64,000 nt of DNA from Nitrospirota bacterium (GTDB lineage Bacteria; Nitrospirota; Nitrospiria; Nitrospirales; Nitrospiraceae), in the NCBI GenBank assembly GCA_963703955.1, contig CAVPGK010000012.1:1-64000 (forward strand), written 5' to 3'. Each line of letters begins with the position of its first letter. The first letter of the stretch is position 1. Shown here in pieces: positions 9,878 to 21,100 of the stretch. A program made the translations under genes and the position numbers. The notes under the pieces are model-generated. The model was not told where the DNA came from, searched no databases, and saw only the letters and a program-made list of their open reading frames with translations.

Positions 9878-10438
9878 TTATGGGATGTCCAGGACGCTCG
9901 ATTCGATTTCAAGCGGAGAGGGGGGCTGACGAGTTGGCACCAGAAGAAGGGAAGGGACTCGACCACCGGTTGGCGTTCCGCCGATCAGCTGACCGCCACC
10001 CACCAAAGGCGCCGTGGTCAGGTTGACAGGGCTAACCGGCGTCACGGGCAGATTCGCAAGATTAACGCTGAACGGCGAGACCAATGAAGACCCGGGTTCA
10101 CGAGGCGGCGGAATCAGCACCACCGGAGAGCCGACTTGATTGGTTCCCTGAATGAGTCCAATGGACAATTGCGGGCCGAGAGTCATGATCGCCCCACTCC
10201 AAGCCTGACTGCTCATCGGATTTCGATAGCTATAGGATTGGAAATTATTGCCGGGGGTGTACATATAACCCTGAGTCCCTTGGTTATCAAGGTACAGATT
10301 TCCCGGACCGACGAGGTTGAATAGCGGCGCCACTCCGCCACCGAAGCCCCGGACGCCGGACACAGTCTGTCCCCACGCTTGCGGGCTCCAGGCTAGGCCA
10401 AGCAAGACGACGGCCACCACTATCATCCATCTCTTCAT
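9878..10438 (-). CDS. Hypothetical secreted protein with Pro-rich C-terminus
   Basis: AGGAG RBS before ATG 10438; signal peptide MKRWMIVVAVVLLGLAWSPQAWG. Confidence 0.65.
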   Translation of the reverse strand: MKRWMIVVAVVLLGLAWSPQAWGQTVSGVRGFGGGVAPLFNLVGPGNLYLDNQGTQGYMYTPGNNFQSYSYRNPMSSQAWSGAIMTLGPQLSIGLIQGTNQVGSPVVLIPPPREPGSSLVSPFSVNLANLPVTPVSPVNLTTAPLVGGGQLIGGTPTGGRVPSLLLVPTRQPPSPLEIESSVLDIP

Positions 10439-10523
10439 GAATACTCCTTGAGATACTCGATGACAGCCTACATCAGATACACTAGTATACTGCGATCGTC
10501 GCTGCACATCTAGGGGGGATTTT

Positions 10524-12077
10524 ATGAATACCATAAGGACCCGATCAGCATTATTGTGGCACGGGGTGGCCGTCTCACTCATGGTCTTGCTGACGAGCCT
10601 CGTCGCGTGGAGCGCTGTGGAGCCCGAGCCGCCCAAGACGGCTAGGCAAGAGTCCATTTCCATCTCCGACGCGGTCCTCCAGGCCCTTGAGCGGAACCTT
10701 GACGTCACAATAAGCCGCCAGACCAAGGAAAGCCGTCTCACCGATATTGTCTTTGAACAGGCCAAGTTCGATCCGACCGCGAGCCTCAACGCTCAATACA
10801 GCCGCCTCGTCCAGCCCTTGAACCGTCCGGTCTTGGGCTTCACCGGCGCCGCCTTGACCGAAATCACCCCCTTCGACCAGAACGTGGCACAGTTCACCGC
10901 GGATCTCACCCAGAATCTTTCGACCGGCGCCAACTATGATATCAATTACAGCCCACAACGCACCTTCGTCGCTGGGCCGAATACGTTCCTCTTCAACCCT
11001 GCCTACGCAGGAGGGTTGGTGTTCACCATGACACAGCCCTTGCTGCGTAACGCCGGTACGGAAATTAATAAGACGTTTATCAAGATTGCGCAGAACAATG
11101 CATCCGTGGAGGAACAGGTGTTTGTCGATCGTGTCCTAACCGTCGTTTCGACCGTGGAGCAGACATTCTGGGAGCTGGTCTTCGCCAACGAGAACCTCAA
11201 GGTAGCCCAGTCCGCGCTGAAAGCCGCAGAAGAACTGCTCGCCAGCAACCGAGCCAAGGCGAAGGCCGGTGTTATGGCGGTCGTGGAGGTCCTGCAAGCG
11301 GAGGCGGGCGTAGCTTCAAGAGTCGAGCAAATCCTCGTCGCCGAAAAGGCCATTCACGATCAAGAAGATCAACTGCGGCGTCTCCTGAACCCGGCTGAGG
11401 AAGATCTCCGTCAGGATGTGCGGCTCCTTCCCCTCGATCAACCGGTGCAGGCTCTTGAAGCCATCAGCCTTGAAGAAGCCATCGATGTTGCCATCGAACG
11501 ACGACCCGAAATTCTGCAGGCCAACAAAAACATTGAGACCAGCGACCTCAACACGAAATTCGCCAAGAATCAATTGCTGCCGAGCTTGGGCGCGCAGGGC
11601 ACCGCCGGGCTAGCCGGTCTCGGCGCCAACGGCGCGGATTTCAACGACAAGGTATTCAGCGGGAACTACTTCAGCTACGGGGCCGGGCTCGTGCTGAGCT
11701 ATCCATTGGGAAATCGCTCCGCGTGGAGCCAATACAACAAACGACAACTGGAGTCCCGGAACGCAAAAGCTTCCTTGCAGAGTGTTCGTCAACAAGTGAT
11801 CGTGTCCATCAAGGAAGCGGTGCGGCGTGTCCAGACCGATTTTCGGCGGATAGAGACAACCCGCTCGGCGCGCATTCTCGCCGAGAAGCAACTGCAAGCG
11901 GAACAAGAGCGATTCAAGGTCGGCCTGAGCACCACCATTTTCGTCTTGGGCTTTCAGCGCGATCTGGCCATCGCCCGGGGCAATGAACTGCGAGCGATCG
12001 TCGACTACAACAAGTCTCTCTCGAACCTTTCGCGGACGAAAGCCACCACGCTCGAACGGTATCGGATTACGCTGTAA
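10524..12077 (+). CDS. TolC family outer membrane protein
   Basis: Signal peptide; two repeated OEP helical halves; ALERNLD, RRPEI and ERFKVGLST motifs. Confidence 0.9.
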   Translation: MNTIRTRSALLWHGVAVSLMVLLTSLVAWSAVEPEPPKTARQESISISDAVLQALERNLDVTISRQTKESRLTDIVFEQAKFDPTASLNAQYSRLVQPLNRPVLGFTGAALTEITPFDQNVAQFTADLTQNLSTGANYDINYSPQRTFVAGPNTFLFNPAYAGGLVFTMTQPLLRNAGTEINKTFIKIAQNNASVEEQVFVDRVLTVVSTVEQTFWELVFANENLKVAQSALKAAEELLASNRAKAKAGVMAVVEVLQAEAGVASRVEQILVAEKAIHDQEDQLRRLLNPAEEDLRQDVRLLPLDQPVQALEAISLEEAIDVAIERRPEILQANKNIETSDLNTKFAKNQLLPSLGAQGTAGLAGLGANGADFNDKVFSGNYFSYGAGLVLSYPLGNRSAWSQYNKRQLESRNAKASLQSVRQQVIVSIKEAVRRVQTDFRRIETTRSARILAEKQLQAEQERFKVGLSTTIFVLGFQRDLAIARGNELRAIVDYNKSLSNLSRTKATTLERYRITL

Positions 12078-12087
12078 TCACGCGCCG

Positions 12088-12768
12088 GTGGCGGGTGGAC
12101 TTGCATCAGAGCGGGTATCGGGGCTTGCCCTGATACCCGTGGCCGCCACCGGCCTTTACTATCTGCTCTCCTCTCCTCTCCAGGAGATGCCCGCTCTTCA
12201 ATTTCTGCCCCAAGTCATCGCCTATGTAAGTTTAGCCATCTGGGCTACCCAGAACACCAGTGTTGCCGACCGGCTGGGTATTCGACTTGGACAAGTGTGG
12301 CAGGGGCTTCAGTGGGGACTGCCCATCGGACTCACCCTGGGCATTCTGAACGTCGTGGTCATCCTCTGGGTTGTCCCTTGGTTAGGAAAAGACATCGGGT
12401 TTCTTCGCGAGACGCCGCACGCCCGCGTGCCGGGCGCTGTGATGGTGCCATGGTTCATCATGTGTATCGCCGCCGCTGTGGAGTTGAATTTCAGAGGCTT
12501 TCTGCTGGGTCGTTTGGTGGCGCTCTCGCAGCAATGGCTGTCCCTGCACGCGATGGCCGGGCAAGCGATTGCTGTAGCTCTCGCCTCGCTTGTGTTCTCT
12601 TTCGATCCTTTCATGGTCGCCACGTTCAAGCATCTCCACTGGATCGCCCTTTGGGATGGGATCGTGTGGGCTCTGATTTGGCTGCGGATCCGAAATTTGT
12701 ATGCCACAATCATGGCACATACAATCGAAGTGATTGTCATGTATGTGATCGTGAGAATGATGATCTGA
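12088..12768 (+). CDS. CPBP (CAAX/Abi) family intramembrane protease; start uncertain
   Basis: Multiple TM segments; VELNFRG (EExxFRG variant); NLYATIMAH. Confidence 0.75.
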   Translation: MAGGLASERVSGLALIPVAATGLYYLLSSPLQEMPALQFLPQVIAYVSLAIWATQNTSVADRLGIRLGQVWQGLQWGLPIGLTLGILNVVVILWVVPWLGKDIGFLRETPHARVPGAVMVPWFIMCIAAAVELNFRGFLLGRLVALSQQWLSLHAMAGQAIAVALASLVFSFDPFMVATFKHLHWIALWDGIVWALIWLRIRNLYATIMAHTIEVIVMYVIVRMMI

Positions 12769-13790
12769 TGAGGCCGTCGTTCTCGAGCTATTTGGTCAAC
12801 GACCCATTTGGTGACCCGGGCCTATACGTGGACATTAAATGGGCCCGCCGGTCGCTGCTGTTTGACCTCGGGAACAACGAAACCCTGACGCCGACACTCC
12901 TGCTCCGCGCCTCAGACCTGTTTGTCTCCCATACACACATGGATCATTTCATCGGGTTCGATCGAGTTCTGCGGGTCGCGTTGGGTCGCGGGAAGACCCT
13001 TCGGCTTTACGGCCCTCCGGGGCTCATCTCTAATGTGACCGGGAAACTGCAGGGTTACACGTGGAACCTAGTCGACGGCTATCCGCTTTCGATCCAGGTG
13101 CAGGAATGTCATCCTCACGAAACTCGATCCGCAACGTTTTTTGCCGCCGACGCGTTTCGCCTGCGCGAAGCGCCGCCGCGGATTCGACCGGTCGTCGAGC
13201 CGACTAGCTCTCTGTTTACGGTGATCGAGGATCCAATGTTCACGATCCGTGCCGTTGCGCTGAACCATCGGATTCCCTGTTTCGGTTATGCGCTCGAGGA
13301 ACAGTTTCACATCAACATCAATCGAGAGCGCCTGCACGCAACAGGACTACCCGTCGGGTCATGGCTCAAGGACGTTAAGCGTCATTTGTGGGAAGGCCGT
13401 CCGGACGACTTTCGGTTTACCGCCACCCTGTATTTCGAGCACCGCAAGGAGGAACGGGAGTTTCGACTGGGTGACGTGCGGGACCGCTTCGTCACCATTA
13501 CGCGGGGCCAAAAGCTCGCCTATGTGGTCGATGTCCGCTATGATGGCGAGAATGAAGCGAAGATTGTGGAGCTTGCCCGTGAGGCCGACATCTTCTATTG
13601 TGAAGCACCGTATCTCGAACAGGACGCGGACAAGGCCAAAGAGCGATATCATCTGACGGCCCGTCAGGCCGGGGTGATGGCGAAAAAGGCCTGCGTGCGC
13701 AAGCTGGTCGTTTTCCATTTTTCGCCCCGGTACACAGGGCAGGGTGAAGCGATTGTGACGGAGGCGATGGATGCGTTTGAGAATGGGTAG
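12768..13790 (+). CDS. Ribonuclease Z-like metallo-beta-lactamase fold protein
   Basis: HTHMDH, LNHRIPCFGYA, CEAPY, YHLTA and FHFSPRY motifs; ATG overlaps the upstream TGA. Confidence 0.85.
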   Translation: MRPSFSSYLVNDPFGDPGLYVDIKWARRSLLFDLGNNETLTPTLLLRASDLFVSHTHMDHFIGFDRVLRVALGRGKTLRLYGPPGLISNVTGKLQGYTWNLVDGYPLSIQVQECHPHETRSATFFAADAFRLREAPPRIRPVVEPTSSLFTVIEDPMFTIRAVALNHRIPCFGYALEEQFHININRERLHATGLPVGSWLKDVKRHLWEGRPDDFRFTATLYFEHRKEEREFRLGDVRDRFVTITRGQKLAYVVDVRYDGENEAKIVELAREADIFYCEAPYLEQDADKAKERYHLTARQAGVMAKKACVRKLVVFHFSPRYTGQGEAIVTEAMDAFENG

Positions 13791-13819
13791 GGGGTCTGGA
13801 AGAATCCGGAGCGGGTCCT

Positions 13820-13952
13820 GTCGCCGAACAGCCCAACCCTGCTCGCTCAACCAATCCCCTAGTTGGGCCCTTCCGCTACGCGCGCTTGGGAAAGGGCGCG
13901 TCCTGGCGCGCCTAGGGCTGGGCGGGTGAAAAACAATGCGCCCGTTCGGCGC
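13820..13952. repeat. Palindromic intergenic element (REP/MITE-like), copy 1
   Basis: Arms cgccgaac/gttcggcg and gcccaaccct/agggctgggc. 13891-13931 matches the reverse complement of 40488-40527 at about 35/41 positions (manual alignment). Confidence 0.65.
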
Positions 13953-14002
13953 CATCCGCCAAGAAGAAGACAGGCGCAAATCGCCTGGAAGGAAGAGAGA
14001 GA

Positions 14003-14341
14003 ATGAGTGAGGTGACGAAGTACGTGTTGTATTTCTTGTTGGGCGGGTTATTGGTGAGCGTCTCTACTTACGTGGGCGCGATGGGGCGAGGATTCCTAGC
14101 GGCGTTCGCCAGCACGTTTCCAGCGATCACCGGCGTCACGTTCGTGTTGATCTATCTGAACGGCGGATCGGAATACACCTTATCATACGCTAAGCATCTC
14201 CTCTGGTTTGTCCCACCGTGGGTTGCCTACGTTGGCTTCATCATCCTCACATTGAATCGTCTCGGCTTCTGGCCCGCCATGATCGGCGGCCTCGCGGTCT
14301 ACATGGGCTGTGTCGCGCTACTCAAGCTAGCCCTTCGCTAA
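14003..14341 (+). CDS. Small 4-TM membrane protein (DUF3147/GlpM-like)
   Basis: 112 aa, four hydrophobic segments, ASTFPAIT motif. Confidence 0.7.
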   Translation: MSEVTKYVLYFLLGGLLVSVSTYVGAMGRGFLAAFASTFPAITGVTFVLIYLNGGSEYTLSYAKHLLWFVPPWVAYVGFIILTLNRLGFWPAMIGGLAVYMGCVALLKLALR

Positions 14342-14659
14342 CCTCGAATAGGGTGACGAAGCTCCAGAGTTCTGACTCAGAGCGCCTTGGTCGGTCACTC
14401 TCTCGAATTCCGTCATCTCTTCACCTCCAACTCGAAGTTCCCTTGAATCCATGTGGCCCACGACTAGCGGAAAGGGGGCGATCACGCCCTTGCCGCTGAA
14501 TCACATCCACCAATAGACTGATGCGATCATTATGCAGTGGCTTCCACTCACACGATGAGATCGACCAAGTGAAACCAGACTACCCCCTCACAGTTTGCAC
14601 GAGCTCTTGACGGCTTGGTACGATGCTCATGGTCAGAATCAATAAGAGTGCTGAACGAC

Positions 14660-17437
14660 ATGTCCAAGATGGACCACTGCTCGAGCGACTTGATCATCGA
14701 AGGCGCCCGGCAGAACAACCTGAAGAATATCTCCCTGCGTATTCCCCACGACGCCGTCACGGTGATCACCGGCGTATCCGGCTCGGGTAAGTCCTCGCTG
14801 GCCTTCGATACCTTGTTCGCGGAGGGCCAGTGGCGATACGTCGAGTCGCTCTCCACCTACGCGCGGATGTTCTTGGAGAAGGTTGATCGGCCGAACGTGG
14901 ATCGCCTGATCAACATCCGGCCGGCCATTGCGATCGAGCAGAAGAATCCGGTTCGGACGGCGCGCTCAACCGTCGGGACCTCGACGGAAATTTACGATTT
15001 TCTCCGGCTGCTCTTCGCAAAAATCGGACATCCCGTCTGTCCCGACTGCCACTCCGAGGCGCGCGGATATCAGCCGGCCGATGTGGTCGACGACCTGCTG
15101 ACTCGATTTGCCGAGGGTCGCGCCATGGTCCAGTTTCCACTGAAAGCAGACTGTCGCGACCCAACCCTGATTCCGTCATTGCTCAGACGAGGGTTTGTGC
15201 GCCTGCGTTGCGGCGACGACCTTATTGATCTCGAGGGCAACACTGTCCTGCCGACCCATCTGATAGGCGATTTGTATGTCGTGCTGGATCGCCTGGTGAT
15301 TCGAGCCGACAACCGCGGACGCCTGCTTGAAGCGGTTGAGACCGCGTTCCATGAGGGAGAGGGGATCTGCCGTATCGATGTCATCGGTCACCCACCGTAC
15401 ACCTACAGCACGCGCTTCCAGTGCCAGCGATGCGGGCGCTTGTTCGAGCCGATTCGCCCCGTAATGTTTTCCTTTAACCACCCGCTCGGCGCCTGTCCTG
15501 ACTGCAAAGGCTTCGGGAACATTCTGAAATATGACGAAGATCTTGTGGTTCCCAACCCCAATCTGTCCTTGGCAGAAGGCGCGATTGAGCCGTGGACCAA
15601 GCCGGGCACCGACTGGTGGCAGAAGCAGATGCTGGTGGCCATGAAGCGCCGTGGCGTCAGTCTCGCCACACCCTATGCCAAGCTTTCCGACAAGGAGCGG
15701 GCGTTGCTCTGGGAGGGTCACCACAAGTTCGAAGGGATTCGGCAGTTCTTCGACTATCTCGAGCACAAACGGTACAAGCTACACGTTCGAGTCTTCCTCA
15801 GCCGGTACCGGAGCCCATTCCCATGCCCGACCTGTCACGGTGCACGGCTCCGGCCGGAAGCCCTGCACGTCAAGGTCGCAGGGCAAGACATTCGTCAGGT
15901 GTCGGCCTGGACGATCGATGACACCACGCAGTGGTTGAACGACATCAAGTTATCGGACTTCGAGGGGCGGGTTGCGCAAGATATCGTCCGCCAGCTTCGT
16001 ATGAAATTGGACTTTCTCCGCCGTGTTGGCCTTGGCTATCTCACACTTTCCCGACAAACTCGTACCTTGTCCGGAGGCGAAGCTCAGCGAATCACCCTTG
16101 CCAATCAACTCGGAGCCCGTCTGGTCGGTACGCTCTACGTGTTGGATGAGCCAACCATCGGCCTTCACGCCCGTGACACATCCATGCTCGCCGCCATCTT
16201 AAGGGATCTTGCCGCAGCCGGAAATACGGTCGTCGTCGTGGAACATGACCGACAGATGATCTTGGCCGCAGACCATGTAGTGGAACTTGGCCCAAAATCG
16301 GGGGAGCAAGGGGGTGACATTGTCTGCGCTTCTCCCCGTGACCAGTTCTTGAGGGATCCGCAATCGCTGACAGCCCGTTACCTGCGGGGCGAGGAGATCA
16401 TCCCCGTCCCGAAGATGCGCCGCCGCGGCAACAGAAAATTCCTTGTCCTGGCCGGTGCCCGCGAGCATAACCTGAAGGATCTGACCGTGCGGTTCCCCCT
16501 CGGCATGCTGATCTGTGTGACGGGCGTATCGGGCTCCGGCAAGAGCACTCTTGTCGAGGACACGTTGTATCGTGCCGTCGCCCGTGTGTTCCAGACGGAT
16601 GCGCGGCCGATGGGTCGGTTTCGGGCGATTAAGGGCTTGGAGCATTTGAAGGGCGTGCGCCTGATCGACCAGGGGCCCATCGGACGAACACCGCGATCGA
16701 ATCCCGTCACCTATCTGAAAGCCTTCGATGATATCCGCAAACTGTTCGCCGTTCTGCCGGAGGCACGGGGACGAGGACTCACCCCGGCCCATTTTTCGTT
16801 CAATACGCCAGGAGGCCGCTGCGAGCGTTGCCAGGGGACGGGCTATCAGAAACTGGAGATGTTTTTCTTTGAGGACATGTTCGTCACCTGCGATGCGTGC
16901 GGAGGCCGGCGATTCAACGAGAACGTCCTGAGCGTTCGGTTGCAGGGAAAAACAATCTCTGACGCGTTGGGGATGACGGTCAGTGAGGCACAATCCTTTT
17001 TCTCGGGTAAGAGCACGGTTCTCGGCGAGAAGCTCCATCTCCTGATGTCGATTGGCCTCGGTTATCTGCGCCTCGGCCAGCCGGCGACAACCCTGTCCGG
17101 CGGGGAGGCCCAACGGTTGAAGATCGCGGCTGAGCTGAAGGGTCGGGGAGCGCGCAACCTTTTATATGTCCTAGACGAGCCGACGACCGGTCTTCACCTC
17201 GATGATATCAAGAAGCTGCTGGCCGTCCTCGGCAAGCTGGTGGACGCCGGGAACACCGTGGTGCTGGTCGAACATCACCTGGATGTGATCAAAACAGCGG
17301 ATTGGGTGATCGATCTGGGGCCGGAGGGGGGTGAGAATGGCGGTTGGATCGTCGCTGAAGGCCGGCCCGAACAGGTCGCTGAGCTCCCGGAATCACACAC
17401 CGGCCGGTTTCTGCGTCCTTTGCTCTTCAACGCTTAA
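14660..17437 (+). CDS. uvrA: Excinuclease ABC subunit A
   Basis: Two Walker A motifs (GVSGSGKS), two LSGGEAQR, DEPT motifs and zinc fingers. Confidence 0.93.
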   Translation: MSKMDHCSSDLIIEGARQNNLKNISLRIPHDAVTVITGVSGSGKSSLAFDTLFAEGQWRYVESLSTYARMFLEKVDRPNVDRLINIRPAIAIEQKNPVRTARSTVGTSTEIYDFLRLLFAKIGHPVCPDCHSEARGYQPADVVDDLLTRFAEGRAMVQFPLKADCRDPTLIPSLLRRGFVRLRCGDDLIDLEGNTVLPTHLIGDLYVVLDRLVIRADNRGRLLEAVETAFHEGEGICRIDVIGHPPYTYSTRFQCQRCGRLFEPIRPVMFSFNHPLGACPDCKGFGNILKYDEDLVVPNPNLSLAEGAIEPWTKPGTDWWQKQMLVAMKRRGVSLATPYAKLSDKERALLWEGHHKFEGIRQFFDYLEHKRYKLHVRVFLSRYRSPFPCPTCHGARLRPEALHVKVAGQDIRQVSAWTIDDTTQWLNDIKLSDFEGRVAQDIVRQLRMKLDFLRRVGLGYLTLSRQTRTLSGGEAQRITLANQLGARLVGTLYVLDEPTIGLHARDTSMLAAILRDLAAAGNTVVVVEHDRQMILAADHVVELGPKSGEQGGDIVCASPRDQFLRDPQSLTARYLRGEEIIPVPKMRRRGNRKFLVLAGAREHNLKDLTVRFPLGMLICVTGVSGSGKSTLVEDTLYRAVARVFQTDARPMGRFRAIKGLEHLKGVRLIDQGPIGRTPRSNPVTYLKAFDDIRKLFAVLPEARGRGLTPAHFSFNTPGGRCERCQGTGYQKLEMFFFEDMFVTCDACGGRRFNENVLSVRLQGKTISDALGMTVSEAQSFFSGKSTVLGEKLHLLMSIGLGYLRLGQPATTLSGGEAQRLKIAAELKGRGARNLLYVLDEPTTGLHLDDIKKLLAVLGKLVDAGNTVVLVEHHLDVIKTADWVIDLGPEGGENGGWIVAEGRPEQVAELPESHTGRFLRPLLFNA

Positions 17438-17500
17438 GAGGACGGTCAAGAAGGTCAGCCATGAGTGAGAACACCGCTGGAGAGGTTTTTTAGTATTCTC

Positions 17501-17698
17501 TTAGCAGGAGCCGACCATGCCCGGGGGACACGTCGGACGCACCGGTCGTGGACCGACATCTTTTGGAAGCCGGTCTTCCTCCTCTGTGGAGGCACCCACT
17601 TCTCCGGGGACTTGCGTCATTGGCGATTCGCTCCGGTCGGAACGTGCGGCGCATCCGAGCAAGAGAAGGACAGCGCTAAGCGCAAGAGGCTTGATCAT
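17501..17698 (-). CDS. Small lipoprotein (65 aa)
   Basis: MIKPLALSAVLLLLGC lipobox; ends TCPPGMVGSC; directly downstream of the Spy-like gene. Confidence 0.6.
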   Translation of the reverse strand: MIKPLALSAVLLLLGCAARSDRSESPMTQVPGEVGASTEEEDRLPKDVGPRPVRPTCPPGMVGSC

Positions 17699-17709
17699 AC
17701 ACCGTAGCT

Positions 17710-18141
17710 CTATTCCTTTGTGGTAGTCCGCGCCGAGTCTTGAATGTGTCTCCATTTTTGAAGTTGGTCGGGGGAAAGAACTTTGTTGATGTTTCGTGTG
17801 GCGACGATGTCGGCATAGGTCATTGACGCCCGAAGACTCGCTTCCTGGTCCAACGCTTTCCTAATTTGCTCCAGATCAGCCTCTTTCTTGATCAGATCCT
17901 GCAATTCGATGCTGGCAATCGTGTGTTTGGCTTTTTCCAACTGAAGTTCTCGGTTGAGATCGACCAGAATTTGCTTGATCTGCCTTTCCTGCGCATCGGA
18001 TAGATTCAACTCAGTCTTGAAATCAAAGATCGTCTTGACGGTCTGTGGATTCGCCGTTTGAGAATAGGCAAGACTCCAAGCCAGAAGCCCCACCGCGACA
18101 ACGCTCGCCATTACCAGTCGTTTGCAGGTGTCTGGGTTCAT
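17710..18141 (-). CDS. Spy/CpxP-like periplasmic helical protein
   Basis: Signal peptide; two LTXXQ-like motifs (LNLSDAQ, VLSPDQ). Confidence 0.75.
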   Translation of the reverse strand: MNPDTCKRLVMASVVAVGLLAWSLAYSQTANPQTVKTIFDFKTELNLSDAQERQIKQILVDLNRELQLEKAKHTIASIELQDLIKKEADLEQIRKALDQEASLRASMTYADIVATRNINKVLSPDQLQKWRHIQDSARTTTKE

Positions 18142-18182
18142 ACCCTCATTGCTCCTCTTGGAAGGAACTTCTAACCGCGTTA

Positions 18183-21100
18183 TCATGGCACACGCAATAC
18201 GAAGTGTCCACGGCGATTTTGCTGGTAGCAGGCCTCATTGGACGCGTTGCAGATCGGCCGTTCTTTTCCATAGGACACTACCTTGACCTGCTTGGCATTC
18301 ACACCGAAGGTGACGAGAATATTCTTCACCGCCTTGGCTCTCTTCTCACCCAGCATCAGATTGTAGGCCACTGAGCCACGCTCGTCGCAGTGCCCTTCGA
18401 TGATCAGTCGTTTCTTGGGATTGGCCTTCAGCCATTCAGCAACTTTCATCAAGGCCTGGATCCCTTGATCGGATATCCGCCAACTTTCAAATCCGAACAG
18501 GACATCGTTCTTGAGGGCTGCCCCCTCCGGCGTGTCTAGTCCTTGCTCGATTTTCTCCGTCAAGGAGAGGTGACCATTCTCCGCATTACCTTGCGCCAAA
18601 ACGGTATCATGGATCCCAGAGTTGTCGCGTCCGCCCGAACCATTTTCCCGATGGCCGGCCTCGATCGACTTTCCCATGGCCACAGCGACCTGCTCCTCCT
18701 GTAGGCGATGCTCGGCCGCCCCATTTTCTCCGGCAACGGAGTCGCCGGGAACGACACCAGAGAGCGACGGGATAAGTGATGAAACTGCCACGCCTGACTC
18801 ACTCACGGTTCCATTCCCCGCTTCAACCTGTCTCCCAATGGTTCCGAAGCCATCGGCTTCTCCTGCCAACAAGGTCTCAGGTTCACTGTCCTCCACAACC
18901 AGCACGACCACTTGCGATTCCGTCGGCAAGTCCCTGATCGGCTCCAAGGTGGTGCTGTTCCGCATGAACGACCCCAAACTCAGCGACCCAATGGCTCCCC
19001 CGACCACAGACTGGGATGGTGGCGCATTTCCATTAAAGAGGATCAAGCCAGGAGGCGCATTCAACGCCTGCAAGGCGTTGCTTGGTGAAACGGTTCCATT
19101 AATGGTGACCGAAATACCATTGACTTGGTTGCTCGCGGCAACACTAAGGGTCCCGCCGTTGACATTGACCTCGATGGGATCAGGTCCAAGACCGACGACT
19201 CCTCCCAAGGCACTAAGGCTTGAGTTCGCTGAAGCCGTGACATTGTTGCTCGTGCCGTTGCCGTCCAAGATGGAGCCTGACGCTGCGGTCAGGTCTACTC
19301 CTCCGGAGGTGGCTGTGACGGTGTTGATCGTCATGTCACCGGTGGCGTTGTTGATCAGGACGTTCCCAGTTCCAGCCACGACATTACTAAGTGTAATGGG
19401 ACCCGCTTCGGTGACAAAAATCCCGCCCGCGGAGGTTGCAGCATTGAGCGTTCCAAGGTTCGTCTCGATGGGATCACCTGCAGTGCCAATGCTAGCGCCC
19501 GTTAGATTCGCGGTTGTGGCTGTGATGTTGTTGGCCGGCCCATTGGCATCCGTTATCGCCCCGTTTGCGGTCACGTTCAAGTTCCCCGATGGGGTTAGAG
19601 TCCCGAGGCCAAGCGCGTTGCTGTCCCGCAGGGTCACATTGTTCCCACTGGCGATCCCGACCGTGCTGAAATCATTCGCCGCATTGTTGAGGGTGATATC
19701 ATTGCCCGCCCCGGCGGCCAGGGTGGTCACCCCCGTCACGGTCAACGCGCCGCTCTGGGTGAGCGCGCCGTTGGTCGCGACGGTCAGGGTGCCGGCGACG
19801 GTCGCGGCCCCGAGATCCAGCGCGTTGGTATCGGTCAGCGCCACATTATTGCCAGTCGTCACGCCCACCGTGCTGAAATCATTAGCGGCATTATTCAAGA
19901 TGATGTCGTTCCCGGGGCCGGCGGCCAGGGTCATCGTGCCGACGACGCTCAAGGCGCCGCTCTGCGTCAACGCCCCATTGGTCGTCACACCTAACGCGCC
20001 GGAGACCGTCGAGGCCCCCAGGATCAGCGCGTTGGTGTCATTCAGCGTCACATTGTTGCCGCTGGTGATGCCGACCGTGCTGAAGTCATTGGCCGCATTA
20101 GTGAGGATAATGTTGTTCCCCACCCCCGCCGCCAGGGTGGTCGGACCCGCCGCCGTCACCGCCCCGCTCTGCGTGATCGGGCCGTTCGCCGTGATCGTCA
20201 GCGCCCCGGTCGAGGTCGCGCCCGGCATTGGCGCTCACGCTGCCAATCGTGACCGCGTTGGCCTGGTGCCAGGCAATGTCCCCGCCCGTAAAGGTGACGG
20301 TGTTGAAGCTATTACCCGGATTCGTCAGCGTGATGTTGCCGCGCGTGCCCGCCGTGCCCCCCAGATCCGTCGCCGTCAGCCCCTGGCCCGGATTGAGAGT
20401 GACTGGCGCGCTCTGCGTCAGATGATAGGTGTTGGTCACCGTGCCGGTGAAGGCTGGCGCCGCCGTGGTCACGCTCACCGTCCCCACGAAGCTGTTCCCC
20501 GCATTCGACAGCGTCACGGCGGCAGGTAGCAGCGGTGCCCCCGCAAAGGTCGCGTGCGTCCCGGTCAGATTGACCGTGACGTTGCCGGTCGCCGGTAAGG
20601 CCAGCGCGTTGAGGTTCGTATCCGCCGCCAGGACAAACGTCGACCCGGTCCCGCCATTGAAGGTCTGCGTCCCGCCGATCTGGGTCGGGCCCAGAAGATT
20701 AACGGTGCCGGCCGGTGTCAAGGTCGCATCGCCCACCACCGTGAGCGTCTGGCCGCCCGGCAGCGTGATATCCCCCGCCGTCGTGCTGACCGTCAGATTG
20801 CCCCCCACCGTCGAGGTCCCCAGCGTCAGCGCCCCGCCATTGGTCAGACTCACCGAGCCCAGGGCCGGCGCGGCCGTCGTGGTGAAGCTCGCATTGCCCG
20901 CCACGCTCACCGCCCCCGACTGGCTGATCAGCCCGCCGGTCGTCACCCCCAACGTCCCACTGATGGTCGACGCCCCCAGGTCCAGCGCAGTGGCATCAGT
21001 CAGCGCCACGTTGTTGCCGCTGGTCACGGCCACGGTCGAGAAATCATTACCCGCGTTGTTCAAGGCGATGTTGTTGCCCAGCGCCAGCGCCCAAGGTAGT

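Noticed and set aside
12297..12767. N-terminal extension of the RNase Z-like ORF
   Set aside because: Overlaps the CPBP gene in another frame; the coupled ATG at 12768 is the better start
18183..18520. Independent pal gene
   Set aside because: No start, RBS or lipobox upstream; in frame with the adhesin repeats; no tol genes nearby
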